From Candidatus Moraniibacteriota bacterium (GTDB lineage: Bacteria > Patescibacteriota > Minisyncoccia > Moranbacterales > UBA1568), in assembly GCA_052034935.1 (NCBI GenBank), contig JBPOIB010000001.1:316348-380347 (forward strand): a stretch of 64,000 nt of DNA. The letters are read 5' to 3'. The translations under genes and the position numbers were made by a program. This document shows positions 19,485-29,960 of the stretch, piece by piece. The notes beneath the pieces were generated by a model. The model did not search any database, was not told the origin of the DNA, and was given only the letters and a program-made list of their open reading frames with translations. The stretch's first letter is position 1; each line of letters starts with the position of its first letter.

Positions 19485-20207
19485 CTACTTCAAGAGTTCA
19501 TCCTCGCCCGCCGCAATCCGACGATTCCGCACTGGTTCATCGGCTACAATCTCTCCGTCTACCATACGGAGGATACGCTTGGCGTGCTCAGCCGTTGATG
19601 TCTCATGTGTCACAAGAATGATTGTCCGGCCGGCGTCATTAAGCGCCTGCAGAATCGCCATCACCTGAAGTCCTGATTTTGAATCAAGATTTCCCGTCGG
19701 CTCATCCGCAAAGATAATCTCAGGGTCGTTTACGAGCGCTCGAGCAATCGCCGCGCGTTGTTTCTCGCCGCCCGAGAGCTGATTGGAAAGATAATCTGCC
19801 CGTGGAAGCATACCAACCGCTTCGAGGGCCGCCATCACCCGGTCATCATTCGACACTTCGGCGTTCTCATCATAGAGAAGCGGCAACTCCACATTCTCTG
19901 CTACACTCGTCTTCGGCAGCAGATTGAACGCCTGAAAAATAAACCCCACCTTTTTGTTCCGGAGCCGCGCCAGCTCATCATCAGTGAACTGCGTTACGTC
20001 TTTGCTATCCAAAAAGTATTTTCCGTCGGTAGAACGGTCAAGCAGTCCCAAGACCTGCATCAGGGTAGATTTTCCCGAACCCGACGGCCCCATAATCGAG
20101 AGGAACTCCCCCTTTTCAATCACAAAGCTTGCATCGCGCAGAGCAATCGTCTCGACGCCATCGCTCTCGTATACCTTCCTGAGCCCCTGGACTTGGATAA
20201 GTGACAT
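19485..20207 (-). CDS. ABC transporter ATP-binding protein (MacB/LolD-like)
   Basis: [36 protein letters not shown]. Confidence 0.95.
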   Translation of the reverse strand: MSLIQVQGLRKVYESDGVETIALRDASFVIEKGEFLSIMGPSGSGKSTLMQVLGLLDRSTDGKYFLDSKDVTQFTDDELARLRNKKVGFIFQAFNLLPKTSVAENVELPLLYDENAEVSNDDRVMAALEAVGMLPRADYLSNQLSGGEKQRAAIARALVNDPEIIFADEPTGNLDSKSGLQVMAILQALNDAGRTIILVTHETSTAEHAKRILRMVDGEIVADEPVRNRRIAAGEDELLK

Positions 20208-20219
20208 GAGGGATTGGAC

Positions 20220-21221
20220 CTATTTCTTTTGCGTTGCACCGATCGTGACTTCGTCGCCCTCTTTGAGGCCGGATTTCACTTCGATTGTTCCTTCGTCGCC
20301 CTCAAGCCCGGTTACGACCTCCACTTTCTCGAACCGATCTAAGTCACGTTTTACCTCAGCGTATGTTTTTGTTCCCTCTTTAACCAGGGCCCGATATGGC
20401 ACCCAGAGCACGCCGGACCGCTTTGCTGTCTCGATATCGATATTTCCCGTCATCCCTTCCCTTAGACGATCGTCGTTTCGTGAAAGACGGAAACGGACCT
20501 CGTACGATACGACGTCCTGAACCACCGTCGCTGCCGGATCGATATGAATTACCTCTCCTTCAAAAAGATCATCGTTCGAGAGTGAGTCAAAGGTAATTTT
20601 TGCTTTCATACCAAGCGCGATTTTGGCGATATCAGACTCTGGTACTCGTGACTCCAGTACCGAGGCGCCCGGTGCAACGACACGGGCGATTATTTGACCA
20701 AGCGTTACCACTTCACCCACACGTGCATCGAAACGGGAAACAAAGCCGCTCATCGGAGCGACGAGAATATCCTCTTTCATCTGAGCCTCTATGGTCCGGA
20801 CTTTTTCCCGAGCCTGGCGCGAAGCAAGCTCTTTTGCCGCGCGCTCCTCCGGCTTCAAGATATCCCAGTTGCGCCGGGCGAGTTTCTCACTCTCTTCGAT
20901 GATGGCCGCCGCGAGACGAGCCTCTTTGAGTTGGGAAAAAAATACCTCTCGATCAATCGAAGCAATCTTGTCACCTGCCTGCACGCTAACACCCGTATCG
21001 ACATAGACAGCATCAATAGTACCTGAAGAAAGGAACGCGACGTCGGCGTATGTCTCTGGAACAAGCTCGCCTGTCACGCTCACGGTCTCGGCGACATCGC
21101 CTCGACGGACCGTCTCGGTCTGAATGGGCTCAGCGGTATCTCGTCCCGTAAAGTAATAGAAAATTCCCCCAACAATGGCGACCGTACCGATGACGAGAAC
21201 GATTTTTTTCTTGAGTGACAT
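20220..21221 (-). CDS. Efflux periplasmic adaptor subunit (MacA/HlyD-like)
   Basis: N-terminal TM helix, lipoyl-like halves (V.AGD.IA, APMSG.V), VPESDIAKI..G, LREGMT, SGLKEGDEV. Confidence 0.9.
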   Translation of the reverse strand: MSLKKKIVLVIGTVAIVGGIFYYFTGRDTAEPIQTETVRRGDVAETVSVTGELVPETYADVAFLSSGTIDAVYVDTGVSVQAGDKIASIDREVFFSQLKEARLAAAIIEESEKLARRNWDILKPEERAAKELASRQAREKVRTIEAQMKEDILVAPMSGFVSRFDARVGEVVTLGQIIARVVAPGASVLESRVPESDIAKIALGMKAKITFDSLSNDDLFEGEVIHIDPAATVVQDVVSYEVRFRLSRNDDRLREGMTGNIDIETAKRSGVLWVPYRALVKEGTKTYAEVKRDLDRFEKVEVVTGLEGDEGTIEVKSGLKEGDEVTIGATQKK

Positions 21222-21227
21222 AGTTTT

Positions 21228-21656
21228 TTAGAGCAGAGTACGCTGTTTGGCGGCCAAATCAAGTGCCTTGTTGGCCTCAGCATCCGCCTTCGTATTGAAT
21301 TCGCGCCGGACATGGATGAATTCAACGCGGGAGAAATCAAGCATGAGATTCCAGACCTCGAAAAAGAGTGGCTGCAATCGCTCATTTTCAATCTTGTAGA
21401 TGTGATTGAGCTGCTTGCAAGCCAGTTCACTATCCATCCGGCATTCGACTTCTGTTTTTTTCGCTTTAGCTTTACCGAGCACAGCTTTCACTTTCTTCAG
21501 CCCGGCGACGATGGCTGCGTACTCAGCCTCATTGTTCGTCTTTATACCAAGAAACTCCCCGAAGCCGGTTCCGAAAGTTTCAAGATACACACCGAGAGCC
21601 GCCGGTCCAGGATTCCCCCGAGAACCGCCGTCCGTATACAGAATGACTTTTTCCAT
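21228..21656 (-). CDS. rnhA: Ribonuclease HI family protein
   Basis: YTDGGSRGNPGPA, TNNEAEY, DSEL, HVRREFNTKADAEAN. Confidence 0.93.
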   Translation of the reverse strand: MEKVILYTDGGSRGNPGPAALGVYLETFGTGFGEFLGIKTNNEAEYAAIVAGLKKVKAVLGKAKAKKTEVECRMDSELACKQLNHIYKIENERLQPLFFEVWNLMLDFSRVEFIHVRREFNTKADAEANKALDLAAKQRTLL

Positions 21657-21706
21657 GATTTCAGTATACCAGAGCGATGTCTCAATCGGAAAACCCCGGG
21701 TTACCG

Positions 21707-23410
21707 CTACTTTGTGCGTCTCAGATCAAGCAGTTTTAACTGAAGCGCCGTCCGACCGTTCCAGGAGTTCTCTTCCAGCTGACAGGCGATGGAAAGCCGC
21801 TCACCCGGCGTCAGATCGGCATGTTTGGAAACCATCGACCAGCCCACCGCATCAAATGTTCCCTTTCCTGAAGCGTGACCAAGGGTGAGCTTCCAGTGTT
21901 TCGCGTCTTTGCCAACCATCCGAGCTTCACGTACTTCGAGATTGCTCATCTGGAAGACTGGCTCCGGATTTCCTTCACCGAACGGCGCCAGACCGCTGAG
22001 TGAGCGGGCTAAATCGATAGAAAGGTCATCGGGGTGAATCTCGGCATCGAGGAGTAGTTCCGGCACCGTTTCGACATGTCGAAGCCGATCGTCGACAATT
22101 GCTTTGAACCGCTCGATGAACGCTTCCATCCGATCGTTTCGAATCGTGAGTCCGGCCGCCTGCTCATGGCCGCCGAATTTCTCGAAGAGGTCAGCACATG
22201 TTTCAAGTGCCTCGATAACATTGAATCCCACGATGCTGCGGAATGATCCTGTACTCGTCGTCTCCCCCTGTTGAAACACACCCGTCGGCTTTCCGAGCTC
22301 ATGAGCGACCTTTCCTGCAACGAGTCCAACGACGCCGAGTGGAAACTCCGGACCGGTAGCGATAATGAATTTTTCCTCCGAAAAGCGAAGTTCGGCGACT
22401 GCTCGCACATTTTCCGCAGCGGCTTGGCTTACCTTTTGTCGAGCGACATTATAGCCTTCGAGCTCGAGCGCGAGAAGCCTGGCCTGCACCCGATCAGTCG
22501 TTGCCAAGAGCTCGTGGGCCGTTTCGGCATGAGCCATCCGGCTCGCTGCATTAATCCGGGGTGCAATCTGAAAGGCAATCATTCGCGCAGTCGGAGGCTG
22601 TCGGTCATCAATCGGAATCCGCCCAACAACATACATCTCCTGCAAACCTGGCCGGCGTGTCTTCTGAAGTACGATGAGACCGTACTTCACCAGAACCCGA
22701 TTCTCGCCGATAAGTGGCATCACGTCCGCTACCGTCCCGATGGCTGTCACATCGAGGAGCCATTTGAGTTCGTCCAGTCGTTCAGGCATAAGCCGGCGAT
22801 AGAGAGCTGTTGCCACTTTGAACGAGGTCCCGGCGCCGCAGAGCTCACGGAAAGGATAGGTATCTGTTGGAATCTTCGGATTGATGATAGCGAAGGCTTC
22901 TGGCAATACTTCAGGAACATGATGATGGTCAATCACGATTGTTTCCATACCGAGTGCTTTTGCCTCGGCAATCTCAGCATGATTCATCATCCCGCAGTCA
23001 AGCGTCAGGATGAGCCGCACTCCCTCAGCTGAAAAACGGGCAATCGCTTTGCGACTCAGACCATGTCCCTCATCAATCTTATGCGGAATATGAACAATAA
23101 GATTGATACCGAGACTCTGGAGTGTCTCGCGCATGATGACCGATGACGTGACGCCATCGGCATCGAAATCGCCGAAAACACCAACTTTCTCACCTTCTTT
23201 CCTTGCCACATCTATTCGCCCCACTACTTTCTCCATATCAAGGAACAGGAAGGGGTCGTGCAGATCACGGTCATAATTCGGAGAGAAGAACCGATCCTGT
23301 TCTTTCGGATCAATACCCCGCTGCCGAAGGATATGCGCCACGACAGAAGACGACCCTTGTGGGGTCGTATGGCGGAAAAAACCCGGTTTTTCTTTCCATG
23401 TAAGCGACAT
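21707..23410 (-). CDS. recJ: Single-stranded-DNA-specific exonuclease RecJ
   Basis: GDFDADG, DCG, DHH, GTVADV.PL..ENR, PRINA, GGHEQAAG, PFGEGNPEP. Start placed at MSLTWK. Confidence 0.96.
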   Translation of the reverse strand: MSLTWKEKPGFFRHTTPQGSSSVVAHILRQRGIDPKEQDRFFSPNYDRDLHDPFLFLDMEKVVGRIDVARKEGEKVGVFGDFDADGVTSSVIMRETLQSLGINLIVHIPHKIDEGHGLSRKAIARFSAEGVRLILTLDCGMMNHAEIAEAKALGMETIVIDHHHVPEVLPEAFAIINPKIPTDTYPFRELCGAGTSFKVATALYRRLMPERLDELKWLLDVTAIGTVADVMPLIGENRVLVKYGLIVLQKTRRPGLQEMYVVGRIPIDDRQPPTARMIAFQIAPRINAASRMAHAETAHELLATTDRVQARLLALELEGYNVARQKVSQAAAENVRAVAELRFSEEKFIIATGPEFPLGVVGLVAGKVAHELGKPTGVFQQGETTSTGSFRSIVGFNVIEALETCADLFEKFGGHEQAAGLTIRNDRMEAFIERFKAIVDDRLRHVETVPELLLDAEIHPDDLSIDLARSLSGLAPFGEGNPEPVFQMSNLEVREARMVGKDAKHWKLTLGHASGKGTFDAVGWSMVSKHADLTPGERLSIACQLEENSWNGRTALQLKLLDLRRTK

Positions 23411-23412
23411 GT

Positions 23413-23566
23413 CCGATTCAGACAATGATGATTTCAGCCTCGAAGTCGTTATGTTTGGACTCAGAGACGGAGCACTTATTTGTAAGCACCCCACACAGGG
23501 TTCACACAGTTTCGGGCAGACCCACATCTCATGCGAACCGTTTCGCACTACATCTAATCTTGAAGT
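23413..23566. ncRNA. Candidate structured RNA or long structured leader upstream of recJ
   Basis: About 150 nt of non-coding sequence with nested imperfect inverted repeats, downstream of TTGGAC-N16-TATACT on the minus strand. Confidence 0.35.
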
Positions 23567-23606
23567 CTTCTTAGTATAGCGTACATTGAAACCGGTCCAA
23601 TAATAG

Positions 23607-24686
23607 TTACCGTTTTGAAGCCCCTTTGAGCGCCTCGATATGCCGCTTCTCTTCGGAAGAAAGCGACCGAGGGATGATAATCGAAGTTTTTACTAAGTGG
23701 TCGCCACGGCCGAAGCGGCCGAGCTTGGGTATTCCTTTGCCGCGGATACGGAAAATCTCGCCCGGCTGCGTTCCGGCCGGAATCTTCATATTCACTTCAC
23801 CATCAATAGTTGTAACCGGAACCTTATCACCCAGCGCGAACTGATGGAACGCGAGCGGAAGTTCTGAAGCGATATCATCTCCTTGCCGAGAGAACCGGCT
23901 ATCGCGTTTCACCCGGACAACAACATAGAGGTCGCCGTTTGGTGCACCGAACTCTCCGGCCGCTCCCTGGCCCGTCAGTGAAAGCGCTTGCCCGTCCTCG
24001 ATACCGGCTGGGATACTGATCTCCTTTGATACTTCTCCTTCCGCTCGGCCCACTCCGCGGCAACGATGACATGCTTCACTCTGGATTCTCCCTCTTGCGT
24101 GGCAACGATTACACGGCACCGACTGGGTAAATGTTCCGAGTATTGTATTGATATTCTGAGCAATTGAACCCCTGCCACCACAATCCGAGCAGGTCTTTTC
24201 ACTCGATCCGGGAGCGCCGCCCGTTCCCTGACAATCAGGACACCGGACAAAGGTCCGAAAATTGACTTGTCGCTTCGCGCCCTGAACCATTTCTTCAAAG
24301 CTGATTGCGATGTCGGTCTGGATATCGCTGCCGCGGCCCGATCGCTCTCGTCGACCGCCGCCGGTAAAAAGATCAGAAAAGAGATCCTCCATATTGGCGC
24401 CGCCGAAATTAAACCCTGCACTGCCATTAAAATCAAAACCACCGAATCCCTGCCCCCGTGACTGGCCAGATGATCCAGAGAATGTCTGCCCGTACTGATC
24501 ATACTGTCGTCGCTTTTCTGGATCACTGAGGGTACTGTAGGCTTCGTTAATTTCCTTAAACTTGGCCTCGTCGCCACTCTTCTTGTCCGGATGATGCGCA
24601 TGAGCAAGCTTCCGATAGGCTTTTTTCAGCTCATCGGGCGAAGCGGTCTTGGAAACCCCCAGAATAGAATAGTAGTCTTTAGGCAT
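23607..24686 (-). CDS. dnaJ: Chaperone DnaJ
   Basis: KDYY, HPD, G/F-rich region, four CxxCxxxG repeats, C-terminal domain. Start placed at MPKDYY. Confidence 0.97.
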   Translation of the reverse strand: MPKDYYSILGVSKTASPDELKKAYRKLAHAHHPDKKSGDEAKFKEINEAYSTLSDPEKRRQYDQYGQTFSGSSGQSRGQGFGGFDFNGSAGFNFGGANMEDLFSDLFTGGGRRERSGRGSDIQTDIAISFEEMVQGAKRQVNFRTFVRCPDCQGTGGAPGSSEKTCSDCGGRGSIAQNINTILGTFTQSVPCNRCHARGRIQSEACHRCRGVGRAEGEVSKEISIPAGIEDGQALSLTGQGAAGEFGAPNGDLYVVVRVKRDSRFSRQGDDIASELPLAFHQFALGDKVPVTTIDGEVNMKIPAGTQPGEIFRIRGKGIPKLGRFGRGDHLVKTSIIIPRSLSSEEKRHIEALKGASKR

Positions 24687-24700
24687 ACAGGATAACAAGA

Positions 24701-24727
24701 TTAGCACTCATAATTATCGAGTGCTAA
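24701..24727. promoter_or_regulatory. CIRCE element (HrcA operator)
   Basis: Perfect TTAGCACTC-N9-GAGTGCTAA directly upstream of dnaJ. Confidence 0.97.
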
Positions 24728-24741
24728 TCAATGGCTGTCAA
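24713..24741 (-). promoter_or_regulatory. dnaJ sigma70 promoter overlapping CIRCE
   Basis: TTGACA-N17-GATAAT, with the -10 inside the CIRCE spacer. Confidence 0.75.
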
Positions 24742-24880
24742 CCCCTCTCGGGTTAGGGCATCATTGTGAGCGGCTATCTAGTGCCCGGTTCTCAGAAAAC
24801 AATCCTCAGGAAGATTTAGATTCTTCGCCTCTGGAACGAATCCCCACACCGCCGCTCCTTCCGCTCCCACACCGGGATTA

Positions 24881-25849
24881 TCAGACAATAATCTCGCGTT
24901 CCGCAGGAACCCGCTTCACCTCGATCATCTTTGCCCGGATGAGAGCGAGAAAAATTACCGTCGCCAGTGATAGGGAAAACGAACCGATAATAGATCCGAG
25001 AGGGTAGACTGTGAAGAAAAGGAGGATTGAGAGGAAAAATGGAAGAAAGGGAACGGGATTTGATGCCTTTTCCTCACGTCCAGAAACAAAAGCAATCACT
25101 TTCTTCCTCAGCACTTCGGAAAGAACAGCATTCATATTTTCTGTACCGGCGACTTCTCGGCCGAGAAGTTTGGAAAGTTCCGCTTTTGAACGGATAATTT
25201 CAGCCTGCCGGAGTACCCCCGTCACCCCCCGCTCAACAACATTCCCATTCTCGAGCATTACGACCGGTCTGAGCTCCTCAAGAAAACTATCAACCGAAAG
25301 ATTGCGGTCCTGCAAAGTCGAAAGAGACGGCGAGAACTGGCTCGCCGTCCGAAGGAGCCATGCCCCCGTCCCCTCCGCGAGGTCGAAGTTCGGAACAAGC
25401 TCATCCCAAGAGAGCGTATTTACATTGTGGTAGTACTGGCTCGATATGACGAGAGTGAGCGCAAACAGTACCTGGGCGAATCCAACTCCTACTGCCCGGT
25501 AGATTGAAATCCGTACTCGCTCACCGATTTCCCTATCGATTCGAATCAAGCCGATAAATACAAATAGTGCTCCAAGCGCAATAATACCGAGATGCGCCAA
25601 TGACGGAGCGAAGAATAGACTCGGAAGAAGAAAAAGAACACTCCCAATCGATCGATAAACACTCTCTTGCCAGAGAATACTTGCCAGGGAGAAGGCCGTT
25701 AGTAATAAGAAAAACCAAATGACCGGTACGATAAAAACACTGGCCGTCTTGGAGAAGACCGCATTCGTCACGGATGAAAAAGCAAACCAGGAAAACAGCC
25801 CCACAAGAAAAAGCAGAATAAGGGCGATAATCTGACGCTTCGATGTCAT
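24881..25849 (-). CDS. Multi-pass membrane hypothetical protein
   Basis: Start placed at MTSKRQ; several N-terminal TM helices, a soluble loop and C-terminal TM helices. Confidence 0.8.
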   Translation of the reverse strand: MTSKRQIIALILLFLVGLFSWFAFSSVTNAVFSKTASVFIVPVIWFFLLLTAFSLASILWQESVYRSIGSVLFLLPSLFFAPSLAHLGIIALGALFVFIGLIRIDREIGERVRISIYRAVGVGFAQVLFALTLVISSQYYHNVNTLSWDELVPNFDLAEGTGAWLLRTASQFSPSLSTLQDRNLSVDSFLEELRPVVMLENGNVVERGVTGVLRQAEIIRSKAELSKLLGREVAGTENMNAVLSEVLRKKVIAFVSGREEKASNPVPFLPFFLSILLFFTVYPLGSIIGSFSLSLATVIFLALIRAKMIEVKRVPAEREIIV

Positions 25850-25859
25850 AAGACTCTTG

Positions 25860-26894
25860 CTAGAGACCATGTTCAGCCCGATTGCGCTGATGCCCCTCAA
25901 AATCCTCAGCAAAATAGGTCGTACGGGTTTTGAGATTAATGAGAAAGTAATAATAGGGATTGCTCGTCGGATGAAGTGTCGCGACAATCGACATAAGACT
26001 TGGATTCCCAATCGGCCCAGGCGGCAGCCCGGCATTCGCGTACGTATTATAAGGCGACGTTGATTTCAAATCCTCAAAGGTCGGCTGATCCTTGGCTGTC
26101 CCATGGATGTAATTGATCGTCGCGTCGCTCTGAAGCGGCTGTCCGATTGCCAAGCGTTTTCGGAATACATCGCTGATATTCTTCCGGTCAGCATCCGTTC
26201 TCCCCTCCTCTTCAACAATAGATGCGAGTGTCAATACCTCATGGAAGGAAAGTCCTCGCGCTGCCATATCCCGTGCGATCAAACCGGAGGCCTTCGTTCT
26301 GAAATTCTTCAAGAACTCACTCACGATAAGCTCGCCAGTCGCCTGAGGTGGAAAGATATAGGTATCAGGAAAAAGATACCCTTCAAGACTCGCACCTTCT
26401 GGAAGATTTTTCAGAAAGTCGAAGCGTTCCCTCCACTTCGGAAATGGTTTCGAAGCAATCGCCAGAAACTCGTCGCCGGCCAATCCGGACTCATTTAAGC
26501 GGTTGGCTATTTCCTTCATCGTCCAACCCTCAGGAAATGTCACTTTCACCCCTGCTGGGACTACTTTTCCCTCAACAATCCGACTGACAATTTCCGGGAT
26601 GGCGAGTCCACCGGAGAGACTATATTCGCCGACCTGAAATTTCTTGTACAGACCCGTTTTGGCCGCATAGACAATGAATGTGAGGCGTCCATCGATAATG
26701 CCTGCCTGTTCCAGGCGTTCCGCAACAGAGACGAGGCCCTCACCACTCCCGACCATAAAGCGCTGACTATCACCTTGTGGTCCCCGGGCCGAATCGGCCC
26801 GAGAAAGCAGATACCAAAAAGAGACCGCCAGAAGAGCAGTGAGAAGAAGGCCAGCAAGCGCAAGTGACTTTGCGATACGAAAAAGAAGTGTCAT
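25860..26894 (-). CDS. mltG: Endolytic transglycosylase MltG
   Basis: VTFPEG, LEGYLFPDTY, LASIVEEE, LQSDAT, SPYNTY..GLPPGPIGNP. Confidence 0.96.
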   Translation of the reverse strand: MTLLFRIAKSLALAGLLLTALLAVSFWYLLSRADSARGPQGDSQRFMVGSGEGLVSVAERLEQAGIIDGRLTFIVYAAKTGLYKKFQVGEYSLSGGLAIPEIVSRIVEGKVVPAGVKVTFPEGWTMKEIANRLNESGLAGDEFLAIASKPFPKWRERFDFLKNLPEGASLEGYLFPDTYIFPPQATGELIVSEFLKNFRTKASGLIARDMAARGLSFHEVLTLASIVEEEGRTDADRKNISDVFRKRLAIGQPLQSDATINYIHGTAKDQPTFEDLKSTSPYNTYANAGLPPGPIGNPSLMSIVATLHPTSNPYYYFLINLKTRTTYFAEDFEGHQRNRAEHGL

Positions 26895-26902
26895 GATCAA
26901 AC

Positions 26903-27343
26903 TTAATAGCCAATCACCTGAATCACCACATCTCGATCCCGGGCTCCATCGAATTCAACGGCGAAGATATTCTGTCGCTCAGTGAGAAGGAGTAAACCCT
27001 TTTCAACCGGAATCGTTTCACTGTTTCCGAGCAGGATTGCTTTGCAATGCGAATGCCCATTTGATCGGCCGTCGGATTTCGCTTCCCGACGCAGCTCAAA
27101 GAGATCATGAGAATACTGATCGTCAACCGGAACAATCTTATAGAGAACACGCATGAAATCCTGCAGGAGCATCACTTCATTATGATTGATCGCTACGCCC
27201 ATCGTCGTGTGCGGTACATACACGAGCGCCTGCCCTTCACGGATACCGGAGCGCGAAACAATCTCCTGCACCTCGGTCGTGATGTCGATAAATTGAATCT
27301 GGGTCGTGCTCTTGAGATCGATACGCTCTTTATGGATTTTCAT
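26903..27343 (-). CDS. yjbQ: YjbQ/UPF0047 family protein
   Basis: DIT..V, VPHTT, NGHSHCKA.LLG, EFDG.R. Confidence 0.9.
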   Translation of the reverse strand: MKIHKERIDLKSTTQIQFIDITTEVQEIVSRSGIREGQALVYVPHTTMGVAINHNEVMLLQDFMRVLYKIVPVDDQYSHDLFELRREAKSDGRSNGHSHCKAILLGNSETIPVEKGLLLLTERQNIFAVEFDGARDRDVVIQVIGY

Positions 27344-27376
27344 ATTTGTTTTTAACCAAGAGAACGGAACGACAAT

Positions 27377-27688
27377 TTAAATCGCGCCGAGAGCCTCCCG
27401 CAAGGCTCCTTCCTCCTGAACCCCTACAAACTCCTTTACCACTGCCCCGGCCTTGAAGACCTTCATCGTCGGAATCGACATCACGCCATACTCACTCGCG
27501 ACTTCCGGATGCTCATCGACATTGAGCTTACCAATCTTCATCGTCACTATTTCCCCAGACAGTTTATCGATGACCGGCCCCATGATTTGGCAGGGTCCAC
27601 ACCACGGTGCCCAGAAATCAACCAACACCGGCTTGTCGCTTTTCAGGACCTCCGTCTCAAAATTCTCTTTCGTAAACTCCATTGCCAT
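27377..27688 (-). CDS. trxA: Thioredoxin
   Basis: VDFWAPWCGPC, MSIPT. Confidence 0.97.
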   Translation of the reverse strand: MAMEFTKENFETEVLKSDKPVLVDFWAPWCGPCQIMGPVIDKLSGEIVTMKIGKLNVDEHPEVASEYGVMSIPTMKVFKAGAVVKEFVGVQEEGALREALGAI

Positions 27689-27736
27689 AAAGATTTTTTT
27701 CCATCAATTACCTTTTTATTCTACTTTTTTCGTCAT

Positions 27737-27779
27737 AAAAAAGCAAAGAGGCATGCCGATAGTGATTATCGTCATGCCT
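27737..27779 (-). terminator. Intrinsic terminator after the 70-aa orphan ORF
   Basis: AGGCATG-a-CGATA-atcac-TATCG-g-CATGCCT followed by CTTTGCTTTTTT. Confidence 0.65.
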
Positions 27780-27781
27780 TC

Positions 27782-27994
27782 TCAATCATCTGCCGGAAGC
27801 GCCACTGCTTTAGGACAGAGAAACAGCCGAAGTTCCGGGTGGAGCGTAGTCGCTTCATCGGCGGTCAATCCGAGAAGCTCCAGAATAAGCTCAATGAGAG
27901 CGACCGGATCCCCATCTTCTGCTTCTCGCACCGCCTTGGCCAAAAAAGGTACCAGATTCTGGTACCGTAAGAACTCATCATAACGACAGCTCAT
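27782..27994 (-). CDS. Orphan small protein (70 aa)
   Basis: Own promoter TTGACA-N17-TAGGGT (28052-28024), GAGGGG SD, and a terminator. Confidence 0.65.
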   Translation of the reverse strand: MSCRYDEFLRYQNLVPFLAKAVREAEDGDPVALIELILELLGLTADEATTLHPELRLFLCPKAVALPADD

Positions 27995-28057
27995 GGATAC
28001 CCCCTCAATAAAACATAGTCCTTACCCTAACGGAGCAGGCCGCCTTTGTCAAAAATC

Positions 28058-29866
28058 CTATTTATTCTTCAAGATTTCAAGGAAGGCTTTCGGTGGAATA
28101 TTGACCGTACCGGTATCCTTCATCCGTTTCTTTCCGGCCTTCTGTTTCTCAAGCAGTTTTTTCTTCCGACTGAAGTCTCCGCCATACATATAGCCGGTAA
28201 CATCCTTGCGGAAAGCAGAAATCGTCTCACGCGCAATTACCTTGGCTCCGATTGCCGCCTGGAGCGCTACGGCGAAGTTTTGCCGTGGCAAAATCCCCTT
28301 GAGTTTTTCGACTGTCTTCTTTCCCTCGAGATGAGCCAGCCGTTCAGGAATCATGCGTGAGAATGCATCAATTTTTTCACCGGCGACCAGGATATCGAGT
28401 TTCACCACATCGCTTTCGCGATAGCCAATCGGCTCATAATTCATCGACGCATAGCCGGCGGAAACACTTTTGAGATCATCATGAAAATTCACAATAACAT
28501 CCATGAGCGGCGCTTCGAACGAAAGAAGGACTCGGCCTTCGTCAAGATATTCGGTGTTCTTGTACTCCGATCGGATATTCTGAACCAGACTCATCACATT
28601 CCCCAGATATTCGCTCGGCGCGATAATCGAGAGCGAGACATACGGTTCATAGATCGCTTCGACACCGGCCAGGTCTGGCATATCGGTCGGCGAATAGAGT
28701 AACTCTCTTTCCGGATGGCCTACTAATTTGATTTCATAGACAACCGATGGAGTCGTAATTGTTGGGACGAGATTGAACTCGCGCTCAAGCCGCGCCTGGA
28801 TGATTTCGAGGTGGAGCAATCCGAGAAAACCACAGCGAAAACCGCGTCCGAGAGCCTGATTGCTTTCCGGCTCAAAAACGAAAGCTGCGTCATTCAGCTT
28901 GAGCTTATCCAGAGCGTCGCGCATGAAGGCATAATCCTCGCCATCCGTCGGATACAGGCTCGCGTAGACCGCCGGCTTGATTTCTCGGTAGCCAGGGAGC
29001 GCTTCAACTTTGAGTGCATCCCGGTCTTTCGGTTTCCACGTAATCGTGTCACCGACCCGGCAGTGTGCGACTTCCTTCAATCCAGTCGCGATATAACCGA
29101 TATCACCGGCGACGATGCTCTCTCGCGGTGTGAGCGCCGGCCTGAATGAGCCAACCTCTACCGTGACACTCTCATTCCCGGTTCCGAGAAGATGCAAAAC
29201 ATCGTCACGCTTGATACTGCCGTCAACAACGCGCACATATGCCACGACTCCCTTGTAGGTGTCGTATACCGAATCAAAGATAAGCGCACGCAGTGGGGCA
29301 TCGATATCCCCTCTCGGATGAGGCACTTGATCAATCACCCGTTCGAGCACTTCACGGACACCCTGGCCAGTTTTCCCTGAGGCAAGGAGGATGTCATCCT
29401 CTTTACAACCGATAAGATGGACAATTTCCTTTTTTGCTTTCTCGACCTCCGCGTTCGGGAGATCAATTTTATTCACGACGGGAACAATTTCCAGTCCCTG
29501 TTCAATTGCGAGATACAGATTAGCTAAGGTCTGAGCCTGAACGCCCTTAGTCGCATCAACGAGGAGAATCGCTCCTTCGACCGCCGCGAGTGAGCGAGAG
29601 ACTTCATAGTGGAAATCGACGTGCCCCGGCGTATCGATAAGGTGGAGCAGATATGGTTCGCCCTTGTACTGATATTTCATCTCGACCGGCTGGAGCTTGA
29701 TTGTGATGCCGCGCTCACGCTCAAGATCCATCTGATCGAGTAATTGTTCTTTCATCTTCCGCATCTCGACTGTTTGTGTCAATTCCAAAAGACGGTCTGC
29801 CAGAGTAGACTTGCCGTGGTCGATATGGGCGATGATGCAAAAATTTCGGATGTGCTTTTGGTCCAT
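28058..29866 (-). CDS. lepA: Elongation factor 4 (LepA)
   Basis: IAHIDHGKSTLADR, ERERGITIK, DTPGHVDF, GFRCGFLGLLH, KKLLEKQKAGKKRMK. Confidence 0.98.
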   Translation of the reverse strand: MDQKHIRNFCIIAHIDHGKSTLADRLLELTQTVEMRKMKEQLLDQMDLERERGITIKLQPVEMKYQYKGEPYLLHLIDTPGHVDFHYEVSRSLAAVEGAILLVDATKGVQAQTLANLYLAIEQGLEIVPVVNKIDLPNAEVEKAKKEIVHLIGCKEDDILLASGKTGQGVREVLERVIDQVPHPRGDIDAPLRALIFDSVYDTYKGVVAYVRVVDGSIKRDDVLHLLGTGNESVTVEVGSFRPALTPRESIVAGDIGYIATGLKEVAHCRVGDTITWKPKDRDALKVEALPGYREIKPAVYASLYPTDGEDYAFMRDALDKLKLNDAAFVFEPESNQALGRGFRCGFLGLLHLEIIQARLEREFNLVPTITTPSVVYEIKLVGHPERELLYSPTDMPDLAGVEAIYEPYVSLSIIAPSEYLGNVMSLVQNIRSEYKNTEYLDEGRVLLSFEAPLMDVIVNFHDDLKSVSAGYASMNYEPIGYRESDVVKLDILVAGEKIDAFSRMIPERLAHLEGKKTVEKLKGILPRQNFAVALQAAIGAKVIARETISAFRKDVTGYMYGGDFSRKKKLLEKQKAGKKRMKDTGTVNIPPKAFLEILKNK

Positions 29867-29960
29867 AGTGTATAGTTCAGCGGTTTCGGGCGCCAGACTC
29901 CAATCCTCACTCTAGAAAGCACCTCATGCTAGCAGAATAGTGGTTTCTCCGAAAGAGCGA

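Noticed and set aside
23411-23548. 46-aa Cys-containing N-terminal extension of RecJ in the ORF track
   Set aside because: RecJ similarity begins at MSLTWK; the extension is better explained as non-coding sequence
24840-24878. GGAAGGAGCGGC and repeated CGGTGTGGG, superficially like SRP RNA domain IV
   Set aside because: No stem closing the GGAA loop and no CAGG partner strand
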